DNA of 64,000 nt from Epithemia pelagica (lineage: Eukaryota > Protista > Bacillariophyta): positions 744,001 to 808,000 of the forward strand of contig OX337242.1 of the NCBI GenBank assembly GCA_946965045.2, given 5' to 3'. Positions 1 to 11,732 of this stretch are shown piece by piece (positions within the stretch are counted from its first letter, which is position 1; each line of letters begins with the position of its first letter). The notes beneath the pieces are model-generated. The model searched no databases and was not told the origin of the DNA. It saw only the letters and a list, made by a program, of their open reading frames with translations. Made by a program: the position numbers and the translations under genes.

Positions 1-504
1 CTTTTTCATCGGTGGGGTTGACGTGGGCAGTGATTTACAAGAGCCATTCATAAAAATTATTGTCACACATATTTTCACGGACCACATCCACTTTTTCCTT
101 TGGATGCGTGATGCGTGACTGCATACACGGATCACGACTACAATACTGGACAGCAGTTCGGAAGAATTTTTTGTGTGTGTCGGCCATTTTGCGTTTGTGG
201 TGTGGTGTGTCGTCGACCGCAAGAGGAGGAGGAACACGGCTGTTATTGCTTGGCCAGATACAACGACCTACCTATCCCATCCATTTGTTTGCGAAGGTCC
301 TGGTGGGTCCATTGGCACTTCCAAGAGTTCGTACGGTGGAGTCGCTGCGTTGCACTAGGAGGAGTCCAAACTTTCCGACTCCCTACCTAGTAGGAAAAGA
401 GCTGCTGGTGCTGCTGGCTGCTGTTGTGACAAGGAACAGTGTGGCGGTGATTGGTCTCGAGTTTACTCGTCGTCCTTCTCCTCCTCCTCCTCATCATCAT
501 CATC

Positions 505-2217
505 ATGACGGATTTGACGGTTTTTGCCGAAGGGTTAATTTCGACCGTGGCACGAGCCTTTTACGAAGACGAGGTGGTGTGTTTGATTGATGTATTGATT
601 CGCGACAAGTTTTTGCGCGACGATGACATGGCGCCTCGATTGCAATTGCCCGTCAAAAAGTTGCGGGCCACGCTCCAATTTTTGCAATCCGAACACATTG
701 TCAAGGAAGAAAATGTGGATGATTTGCATGAAGGAGGGAGTCAAGCGACCAAATTCTTTTACATTGATTACTGTACTGCCGTTCATTCCATTCGATTGCG
801 GTTGCATTTGCTGCGACAAAAATTGGAAAAGGCGGAATTGCAGGCGCGATCGAGTTCCTTTTATTTGTGTCCAGGCTACAAGGATCAACGATGCAATGGG
901 CGATATACCGAAGAAGAAGCGCAACGAGTCTTGGATTACGAATCGGGACTCTTTTTGTGTCAAGAATGTGCCCGCAATTACGAAAATGATCCGAATGCAC
1001 CCCCCAAAAGTTCCTATACCTTGCAATTGGTGGACAATGAAAAGGATTTAAAGTTGGCCATGGACAATCTACGACGTCTCAATGTTCAATTGTCGGCCAA
1101 AACCATTGGCAACCATCAATTGCGACCCGGAATTTACGATTGGTTGCAAAAGGTACGAGGAGGCACGGGCAAACCAGGAGCCACGGGCACCGCAGTGACG
1201 CATGCCAAACTGGCGGTTGCACCCATTACCAGTAATTTGCCGTCGGAAAATTTTGCCTTGGGCATTGGATCGACCCGATTGGCGGGGACTGGTCGTACGG
1301 CTGGAATCAAGGCTCTCAAAATGCAAAAACAGGGTCTGGCCGAATCCTCGGCGGAAGCACGACAATACTTGGTGGGAGGATCCCGAGGAGGAAGTAACCC
1401 CAATGGTGGAGGCAGCCACAGCCACAATAGCAACACCCACAGTGGCCACAACAGCAACACTACCACTGAACTCATGTTTTTGAAAAGTGCGCATGGACAC
1501 GAAATTCAATTCACGGTCGAAAAGGGGGGTGGTGCGCGTGCTCAAGTCTTGGCCGGAGCTCATCGTGGACAAGGAGGCGGAGGAGGAGCCCAATCCGGAC
1601 CACACGCCTCTGTTTCTTCTTCTCAGCAACCCCTTCTTTCGCAACGAAATCATATTCGAGGACATCGAAGACGCAAATTAATGGATACAGCCGCCAGTCG
1701 TGTCGGTGTGGCCTTGCCCTTGCCAGTGCGAGTTGCCCTCTGGGCCCATCAAAAACGAAAACGCCAAGCGCAAGCCGAACATGAATCCAAACGGCACAAA
1801 CAATCCTCGTCCAATAACAACAACAACAACAAGGCATTGTCGTCAATCCCCGATTTTTTGGTAGACAATATTGGTTTGGCCCGTCACGAAGGACGGCGTC
1901 GGACCAAAGACGACGACGACGAACAGGACGATGATGAGAACGATGATACAGGCCTTGGAGGTGAACCCGAATTGGTCTTGGATCCCGAATTGGCCGAATT
2001 GGAAGAAACGACGGAAGAGGCTCGATTGGCAGCCTTTCAAGCCATGTACAAGCAAGAAATGGAACGACAAGAGCGACTCTTGCAATTGTCGTCCTCCACG
2101 ACTACCAACCAAAACAATCCGAACAACAACAACAACAATGCGAATCTACCGGATTCCACCCTGGACCCCGACGAGGACGAAATGGCTACAATCTCTTGGG
2201 AAGAAGGATGCGTCTAG
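505..2217 (+). CDS. GTF2E1: General transcription factor IIE alpha subunit (TFIIE-alpha)
   Basis: N-terminal winged helix (LIDVLIRDKFLRDDDMAPRLQLPVKKLRATLQFL), then a zinc ribbon (YLCPGYKDQRCNGRY...FLCQEC) and an acidic C-terminal tail. First ATG is at 505; the ORF track starts at a non-ATG codon at 451. Confidence 0.85.
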   Translation: MTDLTVFAEGLISTVARAFYEDEVVCLIDVLIRDKFLRDDDMAPRLQLPVKKLRATLQFLQSEHIVKEENVDDLHEGGSQATKFFYIDYCTAVHSIRLRLHLLRQKLEKAELQARSSSFYLCPGYKDQRCNGRYTEEEAQRVLDYESGLFLCQECARNYENDPNAPPKSSYTLQLVDNEKDLKLAMDNLRRLNVQLSAKTIGNHQLRPGIYDWLQKVRGGTGKPGATGTAVTHAKLAVAPITSNLPSENFALGIGSTRLAGTGRTAGIKALKMQKQGLAESSAEARQYLVGGSRGGSNPNGGGSHSHNSNTHSGHNSNTTTELMFLKSAHGHEIQFTVEKGGGARAQVLAGAHRGQGGGGGAQSGPHASVSSSQQPLLSQRNHIRGHRRRKLMDTAASRVGVALPLPVRVALWAHQKRKRQAQAEHESKRHKQSSSNNNNNNKALSSIPDFLVDNIGLARHEGRRRTKDDDDEQDDDENDDTGLGGEPELVLDPELAELEETTEEARLAAFQAMYKQEMERQERLLQLSSSTTTNQNNPNNNNNNANLPDSTLDPDEDEMATISWEEGCV

Positions 2218-2636
2218 GTAGTGTTGGAAAAAGGCAGTGCTTTGGGGATCGAACGACATACTGAGAAACATGTACAAACGAAATCTTGTTCGAGTCGAAC
2301 GACAGGACATACATGGGAGGAGGATGACTTGACCTTGTTCTTCTTCACAACTGAGTCTTTTTGAATGTTCTCCAAAGGACCTATGACCAACGAAACGATT
2401 CTGCAATACAACATCTACTTCTAGTGAACGTGGTGGACATTTTCCTGAACATATATTCGGAAATAGATTCTTTTGTTGTCGATTCGTAATGAATTAGAGC
2501 TATATCGCTATGTCATCATCTCGATTCTCAACCGCATTGGCCACAAAGACTATCAAAACCTCCGATGTCAAGCATTCCTCTGTTTTCTAGCGTTCGGAAT
2601 AACCTTACAGTTATTTGAAAGTGTATTATTCATGAT

Positions 2637-3485
2637 GTGATACCGAGAGGGTTTATAGTTTTGCTTGCCAGGTGGAATTGGATATATGGAAGATTCAATA
2701 TTGAAAGAATGGTTGCGGCTCCCTCCTTTCTCGCGTTTACCAACCTGCTCTTGTCCACGACAAGTTCTCCATCATTTGCCATGGATAGTAGGAGTGTTGC
2801 GGTACCCATGATTTGTATTTTTGGAAGGCCGGGGGCGGGAAAGACAACCGTTGCGGAACAAGGCATTGCCAAGCTAGTAGAACTGCCAACGGCCACCACA
2901 CCAGGAGTAGATCCCCTTGGATTGGATCTGGATATTTGTGTTCCACAATGGATGAAAGATAACTTTGCCAAGGGACTTTATCCTACCTTGGAGCAACGAT
3001 TGGAGTTTGCGGAAAAGGCCTGTGACTACATTGATGAATCCGTTCTTGCCAAACAACAGAAAGCCGAAGAAGAACAAGATGCTCTCAAGTCGTCTCAACG
3101 GATCACCGTAGCTATTGTGTCGTTCAGTTTTGTCAACACGGATCTTCGAGATTACTACCGTCAACGATTTCCTCATGCCAAATGGGTACTCATTGATACT
3201 ACGGAATCGGAGGCTTCCAGGAGGATCGAGCAACGACAAGGCCATTTTTACAAAGGGGCCGCAACCGCCGAAAAACAAGAACCGGAAGACTTTGCAAACA
3301 GTGTCAGTACAGAAAAACCGTCGACCCCCGTTGAAGAGGGATTAAATGATGAATGGAAGTTTGCTCCAGTCGAATTTGAGCACGTCATCTTGGATGGAAC
3401 CAAGTCTATCACTCAAAATTCCGATCATGTGGTGGAATTGATTCAAGAAATGGTAGTCAACCATGTAAAGTCTCTAACAAGTTGA
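2637..3485 (+). CDS. Gluconokinase/shikimate-kinase-like P-loop small-molecule kinase
   Basis: Walker A GRPGAGKTT, LDLD motif and lid RRIEQRQGHFY, as in GntK-type kinases. Start codon uncertain. Confidence 0.7.
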   Translation: MIPRGFIVLLARWNWIYGRFNIERMVAAPSFLAFTNLLLSTTSSPSFAMDSRSVAVPMICIFGRPGAGKTTVAEQGIAKLVELPTATTPGVDPLGLDLDICVPQWMKDNFAKGLYPTLEQRLEFAEKACDYIDESVLAKQQKAEEEQDALKSSQRITVAIVSFSFVNTDLRDYYRQRFPHAKWVLIDTTESEASRRIEQRQGHFYKGAATAEKQEPEDFANSVSTEKPSTPVEEGLNDEWKFAPVEFEHVILDGTKSITQNSDHVVELIQEMVVNHVKSLTS

Positions 3486-3883
3486 CCATAAGTTCTTATG
3501 AACCAAGAGATAACCACCAAGACGAACTAACAGGCGGCACTGTTCTGCCATGTGCTTGTCGTTCAGGGTTCCGGACCAACACTTGGTAGATTGGTTCAAC
3601 AGCTGCTTCTTTGGACCTGGAAGAGAAAGGTAATGCGTGGATAATTTTTTCATTCACTTCCCATCCACGCTGTTGAGAAGAGACGGCCACAGGAATCAAG
3701 CGTTACAAAGCCCTCTGGGACGAAACGTCTTTACTTCCCGATTCAATGATCAAACGAAAGTTTAGTATTTCGAAGGACGAGGTGATAATTCACTCGGGGT
3801 ATGTGAGTTAGTGTCGTTCAAAACGAAAGTTTGCTAATCAAAATGGGTTGTTTCTAAGTCTTACATGATGATACATTGCACTT

Positions 3884-4501
3884 CTACTCTTGTTTCTTTT
3901 GTTCAGGTACAAATGGGACTTCCGTAGTCAGATGGGAGACCAGTAACTTGAGGAACAAGAGAGGAACAAACCACTCCATTCCAGATTCCGTAGGAGGAAG
4001 AATAGTCTTCATGGATGTCACCAAAATTGTGCTGGCCGTTATGGCCAGGGCCGTTGGGCGTTGGAGATACAAAGGCACACAAAGAACAATCGCAGCGGCA
4101 ACCGACAAGGCACCATACAGCCGACAAAAGTATTGGATCGAGTCATTTGGTACATAAAGCCAAGCCAATAAACCAATTTGAACTCCATGAAGAGCAATGA
4201 ATCCCATGTGATCCACGAATCCTTGTGAATCGCGATGGTACCATCGCTTGGCTGAAGATGTGGCGTTGGTGACGATTCCTCCAATTAGGTCCATTCCCAG
4301 AAGAAGAACGACCCATTCATTGGTTGGGTTGTCATTGGTTTGCCGGTAGTTTATCCAACAAAGCGCACCAATGAACAAGGACGCTCCAAACTGCAGTATG
4401 AGCTCGGCCGAGGTTGCACCGGGTCCAATGAACTGGTCTAATGCTCCTAGCAAACCTGTTCGTGGCTCCGGATGACTTTCATAGTAGGTGTACTTTGGCA
4501 T
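3884..4501 (-). CDS. Intronless multi-pass membrane protein of unknown function (about 6 hydrophobic segments)
   Basis: 205-aa ATG ORF with several hydrophobic helices. Polar motifs DQFIGPGAT and DLIGGIVTNATSSAKRWYHR...FIALH resemble uncharacterised bacterial membrane proteins (recalled, not searched). Confidence 0.7.
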   Translation of the reverse strand: MPKYTYYESHPEPRTGLLGALDQFIGPGATSAELILQFGASLFIGALCWINYRQTNDNPTNEWVVLLLGMDLIGGIVTNATSSAKRWYHRDSQGFVDHMGFIALHGVQIGLLAWLYVPNDSIQYFCRLYGALSVAAAIVLCVPLYLQRPTALAITASTILVTSMKTILPPTESGMEWFVPLLFLKLLVSHLTTEVPFVPEQKKQE

Positions 4502-4922
4502 ACCTTTTTCGTTTAGTACGAATAGGAGAAGTGTAGATTTCCAGATTTTGTTGCAGGCTCTTTATTTTTATGATTGCCTTGGATCTTCGTCGTAGAACTA
4601 GGTATTCTGCGTTTAGAAGATTGTGGAACAACAAGGAACACTCACGGGGCACTACGAACTATGAAGAAGCTCCAGCGTCCAGAGCCACAAATTTAGGGGG
4701 CACCATAGAACGCTTCCCATGGCCCATGTGTAGAGCCAGAAACCAAGCAACATGGCCAAGGGACCTTAGGTCAACACGAGTTCCGAACCTTGAACAAGAT
4801 GTTGGATTGACTCCCCAGATACAGATCGTCACAAAACAGCCACATCGCCAATCGGTATGGCTATATTTGATGGAACTTTAGGACATACCCCAATTTCTGA
4901 ACAGTTTTCCCGTCAACAGTCA

Positions 4923-6506
4923 TCACATGGTAGTCCCAGAAGTGTTCGTTTCTGATGGTTGGGTGAACTGTCGAAAGAAGGTAGCCGTAGCGTGGTACGT
5001 AGACTGGACATTGGAGGTGGCTACCATACCACCCCAATGCTCTTGATTGTACTTTTTGGTCGTTTTGCCCACAAATGTGACCCGGTGAGAATCGGGACGT
5101 CGCAAATCACAGAGTGGTTCTGGTGGATTGCGAATCCATTCCTGAAAGGCCTGATTGGATGCAGTGTCATTGTACTTTGCCTTGATTTCCAATTCCGCCA
5201 ATCGAGTTTCGTAGGCTTCCAATTGTTGCAGTTTGACGTGTTGCTCGCGCAAGAGAGGCGAGCCCTCATCCAATTTGGCTTGCAAGCGTTGACATTTGGC
5301 AATTTCTTGCAGCAGTCGCCGTCGTTCCTTCTTTTCACGGCTACTGAGCAACCGTTGTTGGGCCAACTTGGGAAACCACAATTGCCTCAAGGCCAGTCGT
5401 TCTGCCTCTGTGGAGGAACCAGCATAGCTGGGGTGCAACAAGAACAAGTGATGCAATACCAAGGCAGTGGCGACGGACAAATTGAGGGAATCTGCAAATC
5501 CTCGCAACGGCAAGTACACACGCAAATCAGCCAAATCCAACATCTCGTGAGAGCAACCGACAGCTTCTGTTCCAAACACAATGGCCAACTTGTTTGGAAG
5601 CGGCCAACAGCTATTTCCTTCCACTAGTTGCAAAGCCTCTGGAACCAGTGGAACAGCCTCTTGCGAAAGATCTGTTACCCATACTTGATGACCAGAATCT
5701 TTGAGCGCTTGAACACAGTCTCGCGTGGTATCGTATTCGGTGATGGTAAGCCATTCCGTGGCATTTTGAGCAAACAAATGATGCATTTGATGCTGTTCCA
5801 TTTCTTGCGCTGTCAACTCCACCTTTTTCTTCTTTGTGTCCACTTTGCTTTTGTCATGGTCCTTTGGTCGGTCTCGTGAATTGGTCTCGTTCTTATCGGT
5901 AGTTTCTGATGATAAGCCATTCTTTTCATCGTCATCATCATGATTGCCATCTTTAGGGCTGATTTGGCCCTTCGTATTCTCATCCTCCTCATTTTCCATG
6001 GCTCGGTCAAGATTTTGCAATTGGGAGTTGACCGAATCCACAATGGCTACATTTTGAACTCCCAAGGCTTCTGCCGTTCGTAAAATGGCCGAATAATTGT
6101 GATCGTTGGTACACCGTTCAATGACCACTGTCAATCCCATGCTCCGTAATCGAATCACTGTTTCCGCCTTGCGCAACAAGCGCAATTCCAAATCGGGAGC
6201 GTCCCACATTTTGTCCGTCGCAGGATCTGATTCATCTCCCGCTGTGCTGCTTGTCACAGACGGATCGACTGAGGTGATGAAGGGAAACGAGGCTTGTCGC
6301 GAACATGTACCATCAGTTGAGCTATCCCTATCCTTCTTTTCCTCGTTACGGTTGTGATTGGACATGATCCGAGTGGTATTGTTTGATAGTGTGTGTTCGC
6401 CATGAGTCTTGGAGGGAGGACGAAAGAATCGCTGAAGAAGCACAATCGACGTCGCCGCCGAAGCTGCGCCAAGGATAAAGAAGGAGAATCTTTCTGAAGT
6501 TGTCAT
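4923..6506 (-). CDS. SpoU/TrmH-family (SPOUT) RNA 2'-O-methyltransferase
   Basis: All three SpoU motifs: NYSAILRTAEALG, IVFGTEAVG, LPLRGFADSLNLSVA. N-terminal hydrophobic segment and a low-complexity insert. Confidence 0.88.
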   Translation of the reverse strand: MTTSERFSFFILGAASAATSIVLLQRFFRPPSKTHGEHTLSNNTTRIMSNHNRNEEKKDRDSSTDGTCSRQASFPFITSVDPSVTSSTAGDESDPATDKMWDAPDLELRLLRKAETVIRLRSMGLTVVIERCTNDHNYSAILRTAEALGVQNVAIVDSVNSQLQNLDRAMENEEDENTKGQISPKDGNHDDDDEKNGLSSETTDKNETNSRDRPKDHDKSKVDTKKKKVELTAQEMEQHQMHHLFAQNATEWLTITEYDTTRDCVQALKDSGHQVWVTDLSQEAVPLVPEALQLVEGNSCWPLPNKLAIVFGTEAVGCSHEMLDLADLRVYLPLRGFADSLNLSVATALVLHHLFLLHPSYAGSSTEAERLALRQLWFPKLAQQRLLSSREKKERRRLLQEIAKCQRLQAKLDEGSPLLREQHVKLQQLEAYETRLAELEIKAKYNDTASNQAFQEWIRNPPEPLCDLRRPDSHRVTFVGKTTKKYNQEHWGGMVATSNVQSTYHATATFFRQFTQPSETNTSGTTM

Positions 6507-8280
6507 TGTGATCTGGTCCGATATTCACAACAACACATGTACGACAACAACACAAGACGAACGACAGCCATTGCCACATGTGGTTGGAACTTCTCCATCC
6601 AATGGCTCATTGGTCCCGCCCATAGGTCGTTTATAGGTCGCATATTATCACTTGCAAAGAGATGAGTAGCTATGAGTAGTTTGGACTACTCCTATTTTCT
6701 TTTTCTTGCTAACCAAATGCAAGAGTTTCATACAAGGCGTGTTCAATGGGTCAGCTGGATACCAGTCACTCTCAAGAAAAGATAGATCAGCCAGGGTAAG
6801 CTGAGAATATCCATGACCTTCACTCTCATGGAGAAGTTGTACGACACACGCCCCCCAAATCTCAAGAAGAAACTGGATAACAGAGGTTGAAACGGATCAA
6901 CGTCTTGGCTTTCGACGGCATTGGATTCAAACTGTTGCTCCACTATAATCATACATCGCATGGTTGGGAGAGGGGACCTTTGCGGAGAAAAAGGAGTAAA
7001 ACAGACGAACGCCGACCGGTTCTTGTCCTGTTGTACATGTCGTAAGGTCGTGTGATTTCTACTCTTCCACCAACAATGCCGATTGAGCGTGTACAGATAC
7101 AGACTGCACAATACGGAACCAGAAAGTGGATAGTAGGTAGTTCATCATTATTTCACTTTCATACCGAAATCAAGACGAGCCACGTATGTTTTAGTTGTGA
7201 ACACTACCGATCGGTACAACGGTCACATGCGCAACTGACTGAATAGAGTTCCGTATAGATTCAAATCTCAAGACGCTGGGATGTCGACCGATGACGCCGA
7301 GACACGGAAGCAACTATAGAGAAGATCTTGTGTGTTCTTGGGTTTGTGGAAGGCGTTGTTGGCGTCGAGTCTTGTCTTTGGTTGCAACGTTACGTAAAAA
7401 GGGAAGTCCTGAGAGCAGTTGCAGAGCAGTACAATGTTGTTCCGTTCGAACCAAGATCCAAGCAAAGCATCAGTCAACTTGTCTAATAGAACGAATCGAC
7501 GCTGCCGGTTGTTCCGCTTTGAGCTCTTGCGCGCCCTGCGAAAAGTGTTTTACAGTACACAAAGGACACCATCGAGTAGGACTCCGAATCGACATTGGTC
7601 TCCATACTTCTCATTTGCTCTTGTTGCAACAATGTGATCTTCTTTTCCGGATTATTGTGCGTGAAACCAACGAAAACAGAGGTTTCGAATCAGCAATGGA
7701 CAAACCCGAAATCATAATTCTCGTCTCGCACGCGCACATTGGACCTGAGCGAACGGATGCCAAATCATGCTTCTTTGGTGCTTGGTTAAGAACTCAGTCT
7801 TTGTGTGTGGATTCCATGAGTCTCTTGACATTTTGTTTTCTTTTGCGGTTTTTTTTCTTCCAGACTGGAGGGTTTCATCCTCGTTTTTCATAGGACAACA
7901 TCCCAACGACGAGATTCCGAGAGCAGATGCTTCCTGGAGCGAAACGAATGAGCCACGAGAACAAATGTGTCGTGTGTCGGAACCGACTCCACTGGTTGTC
8001 GTCCGATGCCAATGATGAGGGCACTCTGTGGAAAGAATCGGCAGAGAAAACCATCATCCTTGACGTCCTTACAGCCAGGGGAAGCGGCTTCGCACACGAC
8101 ACATTCGTTCTTTGGGCTGGTTCTTCATCTTGTCATGTATATTTCTGCAACAGCACATCTTCGCCATGGTTGTTTGGGATTGCGGTCGATGGAGGGGCGG
8201 GGCACGGGCAACGGGAAGACCTCCTTCTCTTTTCAGTCGCACATCACAGATGCGACTTGAAGAGCGGAAAATGATGTCAC

Positions 8281-8332
8281 ATCATTCGGAAGTCGGAAGA
8301 TTGAGTATCATTCGGAAGTCGGAAGATTGAGT
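8281..8332. repeat. Perfect 26-bp tandem duplication upstream of the P450
   Basis: ATCATTCGGAAGTCGGAAGATTGAGT x2 (8281-8306, 8307-8332). Confidence 0.9.
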
Positions 8333-8437
8333 CAGTCGACGACTGTGGACTACAGATTCGTTTTTGGTTGTTGGTTGTTTGCCTTCGACAGGATTCCAGC
8401 TCCAACATCCGAATAGTTTCCCTTTTCGTGTGTCACA

Positions 8438-9949
8438 ATGGCTATCAAGACTGGTTCATCTTCGTCGCTTTTGCTTACGGCCAGCGTCGTGGGAGCGTTT
8501 GGCCTCGGATGCCTTCTTCGGCAAGTGTTGGCCATGCAAAAGAAGCGAACGTCGTTGGAGGGAAATGAGGAACAGAAACTGGAAGCAAGCACCACCAAGC
8601 CAAAGCCTCCCATGGCACCGGTGGGAATGATGGAGACGATTCGGGAAGTTGCAGGCAACCAGGCACCCTTCTTTTTGCTGCGACTGGCCCGTGAACTTGG
8701 TCCTTCGGTCCCCATTTTTGGCATCCCCATTCCCCTAATGGGTGGCATGTACGTTGTGGCGAGTGGCGAGTTGCAACGCCAAATCATGAATGATAAGCGC
8801 AGTGACAAACCCAAAAAACTCTACGGAAAATTTGAGATCCCCGGAAATCCTGCTGGAATCTTTACTCGATCTTCGAATGATTCCATCTGGCGCTCTTGTC
8901 GAAAGGGGGCAGCTCCCGCCTTTTCCAAATCCGAAGTGGATCGCATAAATGCCGTGTGCAACCAACATGTCGAAGAGTGGATCCAAGAACGCCTTGAGCC
9001 TCTTGTTGCCAAGAATCAAAGTTTTGATCCGTCACGTGAAATGACATACTTGACCTTTTGTACCATTATGGAAGCAGGTTTCGAGTGCGAACCATCTCTT
9101 GAGGAATTTGAACGATACACGGGCAATCTTAACAACTTTCTTCGTGAATTTGGCTTTCGCCAAATAGGCAATCCTTTTCGTCGACCCTTTGGATGGTTCT
9201 TGAAGGATTACCGAACGGCCATGCGTTCGACGGAAGAGAACGTTGCGTATTTGATTGAGAAGGTGATTACACCCTACCGTCAAAATCCCAATCCTTCGCC
9301 ACGAAATACGCTCATCAAATTGATCCTCAACAACCCGGATATTATCAATGATAGACACGCTGTTTCGGAAATCGGAACCTTTATTGCGGGTGGCTTTGAT
9401 ACTATTGGCTTTACCTTGTCAACGACCTTGGTCTTGCTGGCGAAACATCCCGAGGTTGCTGCCAAGGTTCAAGAAGAACAAGCCAAAGTGGGTCCCAACC
9501 AAGTGTCGGAATACCATTCTTGTGTCATTAAGGAAAGCCGTCGTTTCTTGACCACTGCCGCCATGGGTTCCAGTCGCCAATTTGCCGAATCGGTCGAAAT
9601 TGGTCCCTACAAAATTCCCGCGGGTGCCATTTTGCTCATGCCGCAAATGTTGCCCCATCGCGATGAACAGGCCTTTCAACCCGATCCAGATGTCTTTCGA
9701 CCCGAACGGTGGATGGGAGAACCGACCGAGGCAATGAAGGAATCCCTCTTGTCGTTTGCGACCGGTATGCGCAATTGCATTGGACAAGCCTTGGCCATGG
9801 CAGAACTGGAGTCAGTTCTTCCGCGACTTTTGTCAACGTACAAGTTTACCGTTGAAGAAGAAGGGAAACTTGACTTCTTTTTGACACTCAAGTTCAGTGG
9901 AACACGGTTGCGTGCGGAACGGTTGTCATCGATGAATCACGCAATTTAG
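8438..9949 (+). CDS. Cytochrome P450
   Basis: N-terminal membrane anchor, I-helix AGGFDT, K-helix ESRR (ExxR), PERW and haem motif FATGMRNCIG. Confidence 0.95.
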   Translation: MAIKTGSSSSLLLTASVVGAFGLGCLLRQVLAMQKKRTSLEGNEEQKLEASTTKPKPPMAPVGMMETIREVAGNQAPFFLLRLARELGPSVPIFGIPIPLMGGMYVVASGELQRQIMNDKRSDKPKKLYGKFEIPGNPAGIFTRSSNDSIWRSCRKGAAPAFSKSEVDRINAVCNQHVEEWIQERLEPLVAKNQSFDPSREMTYLTFCTIMEAGFECEPSLEEFERYTGNLNNFLREFGFRQIGNPFRRPFGWFLKDYRTAMRSTEENVAYLIEKVITPYRQNPNPSPRNTLIKLILNNPDIINDRHAVSEIGTFIAGGFDTIGFTLSTTLVLLAKHPEVAAKVQEEQAKVGPNQVSEYHSCVIKESRRFLTTAAMGSSRQFAESVEIGPYKIPAGAILLMPQMLPHRDEQAFQPDPDVFRPERWMGEPTEAMKESLLSFATGMRNCIGQALAMAELESVLPRLLSTYKFTVEEEGKLDFFLTLKFSGTRLRAERLSSMNHAI

Positions 9950-10387
9950 GCGGCCTTGATCCTCACGTTCATGTTCCTTTTCTCATTTCCTTGCCATGAC
10001 TTCATTGAGCACCGCAAATTAACACCTTGCACGTCATTCAATGTTATAGAATTCTTTCCAATTGTTTAGCAAGACTACTTACTTGGATAGTCTTGCACAC
10101 AAACCCAGAACAGCGTATGAATTCATGTGTATTGATGTCTGGTGTTGTCGTTCATGTGTTAGCTTTACCTAGATTTGTATGCCAACACCTTTTGGTCACT
10201 GCAAATAGGTAGTATACATGTATATGATATATCGCCTGGCCGCACCTTCTCTTCCCCCCAATCGAGCTACCTGACTCCAACCAACAGGTAGCTCTTTACC
10301 GCCTTTTCCAATTACTGGCCCTCTTGTTTTGTTTGTCCCCTGATTCCTGTTTCTCTTTGATCGAATACCCTCTTCCATCATCACACC

Positions 10388-11704
10388 ATGTCCTCCTACG
10401 CAAGATCCCTCGAAGAAGTATTCAACAATGTGGAGAAGTCAATGGCAGACTCAGACGAGGAGCCTGACATCGAAGAGATAGAAACTCCAAAAGCTGTAAC
10501 GCAGACAGCCACTTCAGTGACGTTGGATATGAACCAACCACAGCCAGTGACAAACAAAAGGCCTGCAGAGCCGGTGGCAAAGAGAGAATCTCCACGGCTC
10601 AAGATACAACGTCTATTGGACGAGGCAAAACGGGCGAGACTACAAAAGACCAAGAAAGGCCCTCCTACAGCACCTCCTTCTCGTGCTCCACCGGTGCCTG
10701 TCAGTGCTTCCGCGGCAACAACAAACAAGTCGACAAAAGCCAAACAGTCAAAAGGCAATGGCGGAAAAGGCCGAACAAGGGGCAGGAATTTTACAAGCGA
10801 TGAGACTTGGTATTTGTTGAATCTCATTGCCACTGTTCGTCCGGGTGGTCAAAACGATTGGGACCGCATTACCGAAGCCTACAACGAGAAGTTTGGTAAC
10901 AGTGATGGAGAGCGGCTTCGCGACAGAGAGTCCCTCAAGCGTCGCTTCAGTGCTCTCCACGGCAGGAAGATCCCTACTGGGGATCCTGACTGCCCCAAAG
11001 ACGTTAAAGCTGCGAAGAGACTTGTTCGTTACATCGAATCGCGTTGCGATTCAGGCGAAGTTGGAGACGAGGAAAACTTCTTGGGTGAGGACCAGATTTT
11101 GTTGGACAACCAGGAAGAAACAGAAGATTATGCAGATGGAGACGTGGAAGACGATGCTTCTTTGGATGAAGAAGAAGCAGCAGCCCAAGAGGAACAAAAA
11201 CAACCATCCAGCAAGAACCCACGAACTCCAAAAGAAACAAGCAAGCCTGTGGAGGGTTTGGCTCTGGATTTGGCTGAAAGACTGGAATCAAAACCGCTCC
11301 GGTCTGCCACCAAAGGCAGAAAGAAGGTAACAATCGAGGATCCCAAGAAGGACGACAGCGACATAATGAAATACCTTATTGTGTCGCAGCAGAACCGACA
11401 AAATGCAGAGGACAAGGAACGCCGTGAACGCCGTGAAAAGGAAGACCGCGACCGAGAGGAGCGCCGTGAAAGAGATGAGCGTCGCGAGCGACAAGAAGAA
11501 CTTCGACAACAGCAAGCCATGCAACAATCCATGGCTATGCAGCAGTCTATGATGCAAATGATGATGATGGTGTTTGGACAGCGCCATCCGGTGCAGAACA
11601 CCCAAACCGTTCAAAATACCCAGACTGTAACGGACGACAACATTCCCAAAGGCAATAGCGACACCACTACAAAAGAAAACACTGACGAGAACACAAAGAA
11701 CTAA
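10388..11704 (+). CDS. Harbinger-associated Myb/SANT-like DNA-binding protein
   Basis: RGRNFTSDETWYLLNLI...QNDWDRITEAYN...RDRESLKRRFSAL...IPTGDPDCP, followed by an acidic region and a charged coiled coil. Stops 28 bp from the transposase stop. Confidence 0.75.
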   Translation: MSSYARSLEEVFNNVEKSMADSDEEPDIEEIETPKAVTQTATSVTLDMNQPQPVTNKRPAEPVAKRESPRLKIQRLLDEAKRARLQKTKKGPPTAPPSRAPPVPVSASAATTNKSTKAKQSKGNGGKGRTRGRNFTSDETWYLLNLIATVRPGGQNDWDRITEAYNEKFGNSDGERLRDRESLKRRFSALHGRKIPTGDPDCPKDVKAAKRLVRYIESRCDSGEVGDEENFLGEDQILLDNQEETEDYADGDVEDDASLDEEEAAAQEEQKQPSSKNPRTPKETSKPVEGLALDLAERLESKPLRSATKGRKKVTIEDPKKDDSDIMKYLIVSQQNRQNAEDKERRERREKEDRDREERRERDERRERQEELRQQQAMQQSMAMQQSMMQMMMMVFGQRHPVQNTQTVQNTQTVTDDNIPKGNSDTTTKENTDENTKN

Positions 11705-11732
11705 GTAGAATCATTTAACTATAGTAAAGACT

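Noticed and set aside
60-590. 176-aa plus-strand ORF overlapping the TFIIE start, and the many antisense or alternate-frame ORFs inside long genes
   Set aside because: No motifs; they overlap well-supported genes and are expected by chance in DNA of this GC content.
6700-8280. Cluster of 60-200-aa ORFs on both strands
   Set aside because: Joining frames on the minus strand still gave several stops and no recognisable domain; cannot call a gene or pseudogene.
9958-10015. Candidate left TIR of the Harbinger (TCCTCACGTTCATG...)
   Set aside because: Only ACxTTCATG matches the right end, the terminal bases disagree and there is no matching TTA/TAA TSD.
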